From positions 1 through 25,787 of the IMG/VR virus record IMGVR_UViG_3300033516_000035: a DNA stretch of 25,787 nt. One strand, 5' to 3'. The notes below the pieces were generated by a model. It did no database searches. It was not told where the DNA came from and saw only the letters and a list, made by a program, of their open reading frames with translations. The stretch comes from a virus (lineage: Duplodnaviria > Caudoviricetes). Positions 10,074 to 19,430 of this stretch are shown here, in pieces. Each line of letters begins with the position of its first letter. Positions within the stretch are counted from its first letter, which is position 1. The position numbers and the translations under genes were made by a program.

Positions 10074-10100
10074 GTTTTATATATATCATCAAAAATCATA

Positions 10101-11429
10101 ATGAAAAAGAAATTTGATGTAATAGAAATATTGAGAAAAAATAATATTGATTATAGAAATATAATAATTAAGGGTGGTCATTATGAAACATATATTTTAT
10201 TCCAAAGTGGAAATACATTAAATATAATAAATAATGATTTATATAAAGAAAATGTAGAAATCTTTGTTCAATCAGTTTTTTATCCAACTGAAAGTGGAAT
10301 TACAATTTTTGATATTGAACAAACAAAAACATTATCATTGTCTGGTATCACTGATTTAAAAAATATAAATGGTAAATTATATGTAAATGGAATAAATTTA
10401 AATAGAAATGATATTTTAAATATAAATAATATTACATATACATATTTAGGTGAATCTTCAGTTGGATTTTCTTTTAAAATTGATGGTGATTTTTCATCAG
10501 AAGATTTGGAAATTTGGGAAGTTGCATTAAATAATACAACATTTAATAGTCCATTTGAACCATATACAGCAAATTATTCATCATATAAAGATATAATAAT
10601 AGTTGGAATATTTGATAATACATATGGAGATTATTATAAAATATCATATGATAATGGTGATAATTGGATAGAATCACAATTTAATGAGAATTCAATACAA
10701 TCAATTTCAAATAAAACTGGTATGTATTCAATATGTGATGGCATACAAACAATATATAAATCAATTGATAGTGGAAATACATTTAATATCGAATATGATT
10801 ATTCACCAAATAATTCAATTATATTTAAAACTTCAGATGATATTATTTTAGGTTCTATTAATAATGGTGATGATAGTATTTTATTATATTATAGTGGAAA
10901 TACTTGGTTCAATAAAACAATACCAAATAGTTTTATTTTTAATTTATTTTTTAATAATGAAAGTAATATTAATATGATTGATTTTTTTGTTCAACAAAAT
11001 AAATTGATAATTTATAACTATGATTTAAATACAGATATAAAAACAGAATTAAATGAAATTAATATAACAAATTCATTTGATATTATTAAATATGATGAAA
11101 ATAAATATATAATAATTTGTGGAACTACAAATAATACTATTTCAATATATAATACAAATAATTATTTTTCATCTATTGAATTTATAAATGAACTGAATTT
11201 TAACTGGAATGCATGTTCATTTTATTATAAATCAAATAGATTTTATGTGATGTCCGCAAATACATTTTTATATAGTGACGATTTTATCAATTTTAACAGT
11301 ATTGATATTGGATTTTCAAATTTTTCAACCTATTCAGTATCAAGTTATAATTATTTTGAAAATGAAAATTATATTTTTTGTTGGATTTTAGAAAATGGTG
11401 AAAAAAAATTAATACGAAAAGAAATTTAA
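10101..11429 (+). CDS. Putative virion protein with BNR/Asp-box beta-propeller
   Basis: Asp-box motifs SYDNGDNW, SIDSGNTF and SDDFINF. Beta-strand-rich and adjacent to a tail fibre-like gene. Confidence 0.6.
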   Translation: MKKKFDVIEILRKNNIDYRNIIIKGGHYETYILFQSGNTLNIINNDLYKENVEIFVQSVFYPTESGITIFDIEQTKTLSLSGITDLKNINGKLYVNGINLNRNDILNINNITYTYLGESSVGFSFKIDGDFSSEDLEIWEVALNNTTFNSPFEPYTANYSSYKDIIIVGIFDNTYGDYYKISYDNGDNWIESQFNENSIQSISNKTGMYSICDGIQTIYKSIDSGNTFNIEYDYSPNNSIIFKTSDDIILGSINNGDDSILLYYSGNTWFNKTIPNSFIFNLFFNNESNINMIDFFVQQNKLIIYNYDLNTDIKTELNEINITNSFDIIKYDENKYIIICGTTNNTISIYNTNNYFSSIEFINELNFNWNACSFYYKSNRFYVMSANTFLYSDDFINFNSIDIGFSNFSTYSVSSYNYFENENYIFCWILENGEKKLIRKEI

Positions 11430-11576
11430 AATAAAAAAGACTAATATTATTTAATATATAGATTTAATATTTTTATAAAATTCTTAATTGAATATTTATA
11501 TTAAAATTCTGGATAATGAAGGGATGTAATATAAAAGTTTTATCTTTTCCTTATTCATAAAAATTAAAAGAATTTA

Positions 11577-14500
11577 ATGAGTAGAGAATTTATTGCCAAA
11601 AATGGTCTTATTGTTCAAAATATATCAGGATCAACATCATTCAACACAAATTTTGATGGTATTCAAATTCCAAAAGAAAATTCATATATTAATTTCAATC
11701 AAACTATATCTTTTAGTGGTTATGGTTTTAGAGATAATTCTGGAATATTAGAATTTAAAAATTCTGGAAGCACTTGGAATCAAATGTTATCAAAAACAAA
11801 TGTAGATTTATTATATTTATCATTATCTGGTGGTACATTATCTGGAAAATTAAATTTACCAGCATCATCATTATCTGGATCACCATTAAATATTGCATCT
11901 GGTGATTGTCCAATAATTAAAGAAAATGGTGATATTTGGGTTAGTCCATTTGGATTTATGATTAAAAATAATGATTATGTTAGACAATTAGATTTTGATT
12001 CAAATACAGTAGGTCCAATTTCAAAGGCAAATATTCAAAATAATGGTGATGGAACAATTTCAGTTTCTGCTGTAACTGTTTTTTTATATAGTCAATCTGG
12101 TTGGTCTGGTGATTATAGAGAATGGGTTATACCATATAAAGAAAATTTAACATTAACTGATTTATCAACAAATTATTTAATAGTCATTTATAGTGGAACA
12201 ACATCTGAATTCTCAATAACAACAAATCCATCATTAATAAATAATTCTAATATATGCTTAATTGCAACATTAAGTAGAGAAGGTTTTGATATACATTGGA
12301 TCTCTGTTGATTGGGGTTTGGCAACTGCAGTTAGAAATAATAATAGATTAATAAACACACAAAGATTTGTTAGAACATCTGGATTATTATTAGGAGAAAA
12401 TCCAAGTCAAATAATAACAATATCATCTGGAGTTATATATTATGGAATTAGTGCATTTTCTGAATCATTAACAACATCAGTTTCTGGAAATTCATATTTT
12501 TATTATCATGTTGGTGGAGTGTGGAATAGAATAACAGCATCTACATATAATAATTTGAATTATGATGATGGAACAAATTTACAAGACTTAACAAATAATA
12601 AATATGCTGTTAATTGGATATATAGATATTTAGATGGTGATAATTTACCTAAAATTGCTTATGTTTTAGGTGGTGGTGATTATAGTATAATTGAAGCAAA
12701 AGAGTCATATCCACCAACAATACCATCATATTTAGATAGAACTGCAATTTTAGTTGGTCGTATTATTGTTAAGAAAAGCGACACAACAGCAACACAAATA
12801 GATTCTGCATTTGAAATGACATTTGCTGGAAGTTCAGTATCATCTCATAATGAATTAAATGGATTACAAGGTGGTGATATGACTAATAGTGAATATTATC
12901 ATTTAACATTAGCACAATATAACTCATTGACATTTTACAATGATTTAAAAACATATTATATTTCATTAAATGGTAATGATATAACAAATGATGGAACTAT
13001 AAATAAACCATATAGAACAATATCAAAAGCATTAACAACAATTGGTGATGCACAAACACAAGATGAATTTAGAACTTATAGTGCTACTACATATATAGTT
13101 AATATATCACCAGGTGAATATGTAGAAGATATAACAATACCAAGAAGACAATTAATAGATTTGAATTTTTATAATTCAAGATTATCTGGAAGTGTTTATT
13201 ATACTTGTGATACTATATATGGAAGCGATATTCAAGTTTCACATTTGAAAATAAATGCAAATTCATTAAGACCTGGTGTAATGGGTAATTCTATACCAGC
13301 AGTTGGAATTATGGGAAATGTATTTTTTGGTTCATCTGCTTTTACAAATAGAATATGCTTATTAGAATTGAATAGTATATACATAAATGGAAAAGTATTA
13401 TGCCATTCATCTGGAAATTCATCATCTCATTTACAATTATATGCAGAAAATGCAGTTTTAAATGGTGGTATAGATATAGATGATAATTTTGGAATGTCAA
13501 ATGGAGTTTATTTATATTTAAATGATTGTGATAGAGGTGGTTCTGGAATTAGTGGATTAGGAAATAGTGGTGCTACAGCTAATAATAAATTTAGACTTAG
13601 AACATTAAATAATGTTAATTTTGGAATGCCTGTTTATATAAAAGGAAGTGTTGATGTTGGTAGATTGAAAAATGTGAGATTTACAAATGGTAGTAGTTTT
13701 TCTGGTTCAACATTTTCAATAGATATGGATTCAATTTCATATGATTCATATTTTAATAATGTAATAAAAGGAAATGAAATAATAACATTAATAGATAATG
13801 CTAAAGGTATAGCGACATCTGGATTCACTGGAATTTTGAGTGGAAATACCAATGTTCAATCATCATTGTTGGTTTTAGATAAATTAAAAATATCTGGATT
13901 AACTGATGTTAATATAAATAATTTATCAAATGGTGATATACTTGTATATTCAGCAACTACTCAAAAATGGTATAACCAAACACCAACAGATATATCAACA
14001 TTATTTTATACAAAAACACAAACTGAGAATTTATTTGTTACAACTGGGACAACACAAGATATAAGTGGAATTAAAAATTTCAGAAATTCAGTTAATATTT
14101 CTGGAAATACTAATATAATTGGTGAATTATCATTATCTGGATATTCAGTAAATAATTTAACATATATACCAATTGATACATCTGAACCAACTGGATTTAT
14201 TGACAGAACATCATCACAAATGTCATTTAATTCATCAACAAGAGAATTTACATTATCTCCAACAAGTGGAAGTTTTAATTATTGGGTTAGTGGTAATCGA
14301 TATAGATTATCATCATCTACTGGATTAACAATTCCAAATATATTAGAAAATAATTTTATATATTTTAATAATACAAATCAATTTATTTGGCAACCAAATG
14401 CTTGGACTTTTAAAGGTAATGCACAAATAGCATTTATATTTTGGAATCCATCTGGATTAACAACTGGTTCAGTTGCAGCACCAACATATTCAGCAGATGG

Positions 14501-16496
14501 ATTCATGTTAGAGGAAAGACATGGAATAGATATGGATTATGCAACACATCAAAGATTGCATAATTATGATGGTACTGTTTCTACATCGTTATTTTCATTA
14601 TCTGGTTTTTCTGTAACTCCAGCCACACCAACACAAGCTACAAATACATTCAGTATTCAAGGTGGTACTATTTCAGATGAAGATATTATAACTACATTAC
14701 CATCTTTACCTGATGGTGGTCCATACACTATATTTTATCGTTCTGGATCGAATGCATCAGATTGGAGATGGTTTAAAAATGTTTCATTACCATATTTATC
14801 ATCAACAACTTATATTACATATAATCAAAATGTTGGAGGTTCTTATCAATTAACTCAATTATCTAATAATCAATATGTAAATTATTACATATTAGGAGTA
14901 CCTTCTGTTGATACTGGATATAGTTATATCATAATACCTGGACAACAAGTTTATGCATCTGTTGCATTAGCAAAAGCAGAATCTATTTATTCATTATCAC
15001 TTGGAAATTTACCATTTTCAGAAGTTGCATTATTATATCAAATAACATGGAGAGCAAATAATACTTACACTTCAGTTGGTGGTAGATGTAGGATTGAAGC
15101 AAATCCAGTTAGAACATTCAATCAAAAAATATCTGTTTCTGGATTAGCAACAACAACAGATCATCAATTATTGGCAAATAGAAATGCAACTGCAGCACAT
15201 CCAGCAATATCAATAGATGTAAATACATCATTATTTACTAATGTATTAAATTCTGCACATACTGATGTTCAATTAGCATTAAATGAAATAGATAAAATAC
15301 CAAAGACAAATACAATTGTATTAACAATCAAAGATATTGATTCATATAATACACAAAACAATAAAGGATATTTCACAATTCCATCCTATTTAAATGGTAA
15401 AAAGTTGTTAGATGTAAAATATAATTATTATTCATATGATAGTATATATGATGATGAATCATTAAAAAATTATGGATTATTAGCATATGATTCATATTAT
15501 TTTCCAGTTACTGGATTTACATCTTTACATAAAAAATCAACTGGATTTGGATGGTTTGAATATCATTCTACTCAAAATAGTACAACTGGTAGTAGTACTG
15601 GTTTTTCTATTGTTGATTTTAGTGCAATGACAATGGATAATTTACTTTTTGATGATAGAACACATGCTGTTGGTGGATTTTCTTTTCTGAGAGCAAAAAG
15701 AGTTATTGATCATTTGGGAATATTTAAAACAAAAAGATATACAATTAATGATACTTTAGTAGGAGAACAAATTGGAAATACAAATAAAAAACTTTATATA
15801 AGTGCATTAATAAGAAAAGATATAAATAACGATAATGGAATGTATTATAATTTTTCTACTAGTGATAGTCCTTTTGCTGGTTCAAATTATAGATTTTCTA
15901 TTGGTTATTTTCCAATACCTGGAAATACTGGAAATACATTCAGAAAATGGGGTTTCAGAATAAATAGACAATCATTAGAAACATCTGATACTCCAGAATA
16001 TTTCTTAACATCAACACCAGTAATAACTGAAAATGCAAGTCTATTAGTTTTAGAAATTGATCATAAATATAATATTTGCACATTTAAAATGAGTGCTTAT
16101 AATACAATAAATTCAGCAAATACATATTTTATTCCACAAATATCAGCAACAACAGCAATAACATATGGGACATATGGAATTGGATTTAAATGTGTTGCAT
16201 TTGTTCCACCAAGTTCAGAAGGACAATGTTCAATATCCGAAATTAGGATTGGTGAAACATATGAAAGTGTTGCAATGATAAAAACTGGTGCAAATATTAA
16301 ATTAAATAGAATAAGAAGTAATATATCATCATCAATGATAGATAGTGATATTTATATTCCTTATGGTGCATTAACTGGAAATACATCAATAAATACATCA
16401 AATAATGATATACAAACAAATGATATAATTGAAATTAGTGAATATATATCAAATCCACTTAGTAGAGGTGCAAGTGCAACTTTAACATTTGGATAA
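11577..16496 (+). CDS. Large tail fibre / receptor-binding-like protein with beta-helix region
   Basis: 1639 aa, S/T/G/N-rich. Contains LSLSGGTLSG, YYISLNGND..DGTINKPYRTISKAL..ISPGEY (typical entry into a pectin-lyase-like beta-helix) and LTDVNI..LSNGDILVY...KW linker, plus internally duplicated modules. Confidence 0.75.
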   Translation: MSREFIAKNGLIVQNISGSTSFNTNFDGIQIPKENSYINFNQTISFSGYGFRDNSGILEFKNSGSTWNQMLSKTNVDLLYLSLSGGTLSGKLNLPASSLSGSPLNIASGDCPIIKENGDIWVSPFGFMIKNNDYVRQLDFDSNTVGPISKANIQNNGDGTISVSAVTVFLYSQSGWSGDYREWVIPYKENLTLTDLSTNYLIVIYSGTTSEFSITTNPSLINNSNICLIATLSREGFDIHWISVDWGLATAVRNNNRLINTQRFVRTSGLLLGENPSQIITISSGVIYYGISAFSESLTTSVSGNSYFYYHVGGVWNRITASTYNNLNYDDGTNLQDLTNNKYAVNWIYRYLDGDNLPKIAYVLGGGDYSIIEAKESYPPTIPSYLDRTAILVGRIIVKKSDTTATQIDSAFEMTFAGSSVSSHNELNGLQGGDMTNSEYYHLTLAQYNSLTFYNDLKTYYISLNGNDITNDGTINKPYRTISKALTTIGDAQTQDEFRTYSATTYIVNISPGEYVEDITIPRRQLIDLNFYNSRLSGSVYYTCDTIYGSDIQVSHLKINANSLRPGVMGNSIPAVGIMGNVFFGSSAFTNRICLLELNSIYINGKVLCHSSGNSSSHLQLYAENAVLNGGIDIDDNFGMSNGVYLYLNDCDRGGSGISGLGNSGATANNKFRLRTLNNVNFGMPVYIKGSVDVGRLKNVRFTNGSSFSGSTFSIDMDSISYDSYFNNVIKGNEIITLIDNAKGIATSGFTGILSGNTNVQSSLLVLDKLKISGLTDVNINNLSNGDILVYSATTQKWYNQTPTDISTLFYTKTQTENLFVTTGTTQDISGIKNFRNSVNISGNTNIIGELSLSGYSVNNLTYIPIDTSEPTGFIDRTSSQMSFNSSTREFTLSPTSGSFNYWVSGNRYRLSSSTGLTIPNILENNFIYFNNTNQFIWQPNAWTFKGNAQIAFIFWNPSGLTTGSVAAPTYSADGFMLEERHGIDMDYATHQRLHNYDGTVSTSLFSLSGFSVTPATPTQATNTFSIQGGTISDEDIITTLPSLPDGGPYTIFYRSGSNASDWRWFKNVSLPYLSSTTYITYNQNVGGSYQLTQLSNNQYVNYYILGVPSVDTGYSYIIIPGQQVYASVALAKAESIYSLSLGNLPFSEVALLYQITWRANNTYTSVGGRCRIEANPVRTFNQKISVSGLATTTDHQLLANRNATAAHPAISIDVNTSLFTNVLNSAHTDVQLALNEIDKIPKTNTIVLTIKDIDSYNTQNNKGYFTIPSYLNGKKLLDVKYNYYSYDSIYDDESLKNYGLLAYDSYYFPVTGFTSLHKKSTGFGWFEYHSTQNSTTGSSTGFSIVDFSAMTMDNLLFDDRTHAVGGFSFLRAKRVIDHLGIFKTKRYTINDTLVGEQIGNTNKKLYISALIRKDINNDNGMYYNFSTSDSPFAGSNYRFSIGYFPIPGNTGNTFRKWGFRINRQSLETSDTPEYFLTSTPVITENASLLVLEIDHKYNICTFKMSAYNTINSANTYFIPQISATTAITYGTYGIGFKCVAFVPPSSEGQCSISEIRIGETYESVAMIKTGANIKLNRIRSNISSSMIDSDIYIPYGALTGNTSINTSNNDIQTNDIIEISEYISNPLSRGASATLTFG

Positions 16497-16512
16497 AAAA
16501 TAAAAATAAATA

Positions 16513-17190
16513 ATGAAATTAATTTATAATAAAGATTTATTAAATACTTATCCATATAATGGATTAAAATTATGTAAGAATGATTATGTTTTGCAAGAAG
16601 GTGAATATGAAAATAATTCATTTGATATATTAAATAATGAATTGAATGAAAATTCTTTAATTAAAATGAATTTAAAATATACACAAATAAAAGATATATT
16701 AACAACAATTGGAACAAATTTCAATTCATTGGATGAGCAAACAAAAGAAAATGTAGTTAAATTTTGTTGTATAAGTAAAACTGGTTGCACAAATTATTAT
16801 TCACAAAAAGGATTTTCAAATGATGAATGTGAAATAAAATATATTGAAAATAAAGCAGATGATTTATATTATTTAAAAAAATGCACACAATTTAATATAT
16901 CATCTAAAGAATTTACAAAAATTCTATTAACATATTTATCATATGAAAATTATGAAAAATTCATTTTTGAAATAAAAGATTTATTATTTTTATATAAAAA
17001 TTTTGAAATATATGGTAAAAAATATGGAAATTATGTTAATGGTATAATGGATTTCATAGAAGATTATGATATATATGATAATGTTGGATTATCAAAATAT
17101 TCAATCTTAAATGGAAAAACATTAAATAATTTAATATTAGAATTGAAAATAGTATTATTAAATGATGCAGATAACGATATTTTATATTAA
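16513..17190 (+). CDS. Hypothetical protein, possibly fibre-associated
   Basis: 225-aa ORF starting 16 nt after the fibre gene. No motif recognised. Confidence 0.6.
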   Translation: MKLIYNKDLLNTYPYNGLKLCKNDYVLQEGEYENNSFDILNNELNENSLIKMNLKYTQIKDILTTIGTNFNSLDEQTKENVVKFCCISKTGCTNYYSQKGFSNDECEIKYIENKADDLYYLKKCTQFNISSKEFTKILLTYLSYENYEKFIFEIKDLLFLYKNFEIYGKKYGNYVNGIMDFIEDYDIYDNVGLSKYSILNGKTLNNLILELKIVLLNDADNDILY

Positions 17191-17589
17191 TTCTAACAAT
17201 TCATTAAATCTCCAAAATATTTTATCCTTTGCTTCTTCTTTTGTTATGAAATCAGCATAATCTAATTCAGATGTTTGTAATTTCATACCATTTTGAAATA
17301 ATTTAGTTTTTTGCTCAATTGTTAATCTAACAATAAAATAATAAACTTTTTTAGTTATCTTATCATTTTTAATATATTCTACAAATCTTTCAGTTTTATC
17401 TATTAATTCTAATGGAATTTTTATTCCAATTTCTTCTTGTGTTTCCCTTATTGCAGCTTCTAAGACAGTTTCATTTAATTCAACTCCACCTTTTGGAAAT
17501 GAATATGTTCCATGCCAAGATGTATTTGTTGGATGTGCTAATAAAATTTTATTTTCACAAATAATAACCAAACCAGATGATATTTTCAT
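17182..17589 (-). CDS. NUDIX hydrolase
   Basis: Complete Nudix box GGVELNETVLEAAIRETQEEIGI. Confidence 0.92.
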   Translation of the reverse strand: MKISSGLVIICENKILLAHPTNTSWHGTYSFPKGGVELNETVLEAAIRETQEEIGIKIPLELIDKTERFVEYIKNDKITKKVYYFIVRLTIEQKTKLFQNGMKLQTSELDYADFITKEEAKDKIFWRFNELLELI

Positions 17590-17591
17590 AT

Positions 17592-18110
17592 TTAAAATTT
17601 TATTACTGAGTATTTTTTATAATTATTTGATAATTTTGTATTCAAACATTGCAATTCTAATATAAACGATAATGAAACTACATTAGCATTCAATTTTTCT
17701 ACTAATTTGCAAGCAGTTTCTGCTGTTCCACCAGTGGCTAATATATCATCATGTATATGGATATTCATACCAGGTTTTATTATTTCAGATGATAATGTTA
17801 TGATATCACTTCCATATTCTAATTCATATTCAATCTCAACATAAGGTGGTGGCATTTTTCCTTTTTTTCTAACCATGCAGAAACCAACATCTAAACCATC
17901 TGATATTCTTGATCCTAAAATGAAACCTCTTGCATCCAATCCAATAACTATATCAATATTATCATTTTTAATATTTTCAATGATATCATTAACTACAAAT
18001 CTACTTGCTGTTGGATTTGATAGTATTTTTGAAATGTCTTTAAAAATAATTCCTTTTTTTGGAAAATCCTTAACATCAACTAATAATTCTTCTAATATTC
18101 TTTTGTCCAT
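17592..18110 (-). CDS. apt: Adenine phosphoribosyltransferase
   Basis: DFPKKGIIFKDI, GLDARGFILG, VRKKGKMP, YELEYG and PRPP-binding HDDILATGGT. Confidence 0.95.
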   Translation of the reverse strand: MDKRILEELLVDVKDFPKKGIIFKDISKILSNPTASRFVVNDIIENIKNDNIDIVIGLDARGFILGSRISDGLDVGFCMVRKKGKMPPPYVEIEYELEYGSDIITLSSEIIKPGMNIHIHDDILATGGTAETACKLVEKLNANVVSLSFILELQCLNTKLSNNYKKYSVIKF

Positions 18111-18163
18111 ATTTTAAAATTATTTTTCAAATATATGATATTAATTTTAAATAAAAAAATAAT

Positions 18164-18970
18164 TTAAGGTATTTGTAATAATGTTTTTATTTGATTATAA
18201 TTATCTGTTGCTTCCGATGGAGTTAATACACTACCAAATTCATAAAATCCATATTGTCTAAGAGTTGTTACACCTATTCTTAAATTAGTATTTGGTAATC
18301 CTGTACTTATTTTATTACTTGTAAATGTATTTCCGTCATAATAATTTGTATATTTCATAATAGATGATGATTCTCTTTGAATTTCACTGATTCCAATATT
18401 TCCATAATAATTATAATCTAAACTAGCTTGATCATTATTTACTGTAAATATAATAGCGTCTCTATCTTCACCAGAAAATACACTTAATGATATTGATGGA
18501 TTTATAGTTGATGATAATATATCAGCACCACCGTTAAAAGTTGATGTCTTAATGTATATCATACATCTTGCATTATTTTGAGTAAATATTATACCTCCAT
18601 CTGTAGATGGATTAAAGTTAGTAACTATTTCACCTGTATATGTGCACGTAACACCATCTGTACTCCATGTTGGCGAGTTCATAAAGGTTGGATTATTAGC
18701 ATTACCTATCATATTTAGTAATGAACCTTGTTGTGTTTCGCCTTGTAATATAACTACTACTTTCTTTTTAGTCCATAAACCTGATGTTTTCTGTGCTCTA
18801 ATAAATGTATCAACTCTATCTTTAAATCCAGTAGATGGTTGAGTGGTCATTCTTGCAAAATATGCTTCTGCATCTGCATCATATGTAGGTGATGGTGCTG
18901 AATCATCAAATGCAATAAATGATCCATTGTATGATAATATATTTCCATTAAATACTGAAATTTTAAGCAT
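18164..18970 (-). CDS. Hypothetical, probably virion-associated protein
   Basis: YDADAEAYFAR ... DTFIR..K.SGLW.K motif recalled from phage structural proteins, followed by a beta-rich region. ATATATA motif 15 nt upstream. Confidence 0.55.
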   Translation of the reverse strand: MLKISVFNGNILSYNGSFIAFDDSAPSPTYDADAEAYFARMTTQPSTGFKDRVDTFIRAQKTSGLWTKKKVVVILQGETQQGSLLNMIGNANNPTFMNSPTWSTDGVTCTYTGEIVTNFNPSTDGGIIFTQNNARCMIYIKTSTFNGGADILSSTINPSISLSVFSGEDRDAIIFTVNNDQASLDYNYYGNIGISEIQRESSSIMKYTNYYDGNTFTSNKISTGLPNTNLRIGVTTLRQYGFYEFGSVLTPSEATDNYNQIKTLLQIP

Positions 18971-19016
18971 ATTAATTTTTAATTTTATATATTAAAATAA
19001 TATGATTTAAATTTAG

Positions 19017-19091
19017 TAGTTCCAGTTGGATTCAAACCAATGATATTTTGCTTGTAATGCAAATGCTTTTGATCAACTAAGCTATGGAACT
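19017..19091 (-). tRNA. tRNA-Val(UAC)
   Basis: AGTTCCA/TGGAACT acceptor, anticodon arm TTTGC-AT TAC AA-GCAAA, T-loop TTTGAAT, discriminator A, followed by CTA. Confidence 0.85.
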
Positions 19092-19097
19092 ATTTAG

Positions 19098-19169
19098 TGG
19101 AGCTTGCGGTAATCGAAACCGCGTCTTCAGAATGCAAATCTGATATAATAGCCACTATATTAAAACCCC
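19098..19169 (-). tRNA. tRNA-Ala(UGC)
   Basis: GGGGTTT/AAGCTCC acceptor with the G3:U70 Ala identity pair, TCAGA-TT TGC AT-TCTGA, T-arm GCGGT-TTCGATT-ACCGC. Confidence 0.92.
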
Positions 19170-19178
19170 CCAAAATAG

Positions 19179-19249
19179 AACACCTAATTGGATTCGAACC
19201 AATATCTTAGAATCCGCATTTCTAAATTCTTCCATTGAACTATAAGTGC
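19179..19249 (-). tRNA. tRNA-Arg(GCG)
   Basis: GCACTTA/TAGGTGT acceptor, D-loop AATGGAA (A20), TAGAA-AT GCG GA-TTCTA, T-arm ATTGG-TTCGAAT-CCAAT. Confidence 0.87.
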
Positions 19250-19260
19250 ATTAAAAATAG

Positions 19261-19331
19261 AACACCCAATTGGATTCGAACCAATATCATAAAATTAGAA
19301 GTTTCATATTCTTCCGTTGAACTATGGATGC
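19261..19331 (-). tRNA. tRNA-Arg(UCU)
   Basis: GCATCCA/TGGGTGT acceptor, D-loop AACGGAA (A20), TGAAA-CT TCT AA-TTTTA, T-arm identical to the neighbouring Arg gene. Confidence 0.92.
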
Positions 19332-19337
19332 AATTAG

Positions 19338-19421
19338 AGCTGGATGTAGGATTCGAACCTACGGTGTGAAAAATCATGTAGATTACAAATCTACCTCAAT
19401 CGACCACTATGAGAATCCAGC
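19338..19421 (-). tRNA. tRNA-Thr(UGU) with long variable arm
   Basis: GCTGGAT/ATCCAGC acceptor (G1-C72, C2-G71), GTAGA-TT TGT AA-TCTAC, 15-nt variable region ATGATTTTTCACACC, T-arm GTAGG-TTCGAAT-CCTAC. 84 nt. Confidence 0.85.
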
Positions 19422-19430
19422 AAATTTTAG

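Noticed and set aside
19338-19421. Reading the long-arm tRNA as Tyr (GUA)
   Set aside because: With the 5-bp stem GTAGA/TCTAC the 7-nt loop is TT-TGT-AA, so GTA is off-centre. The acceptor stem and U73 fit Thr better than Tyr.
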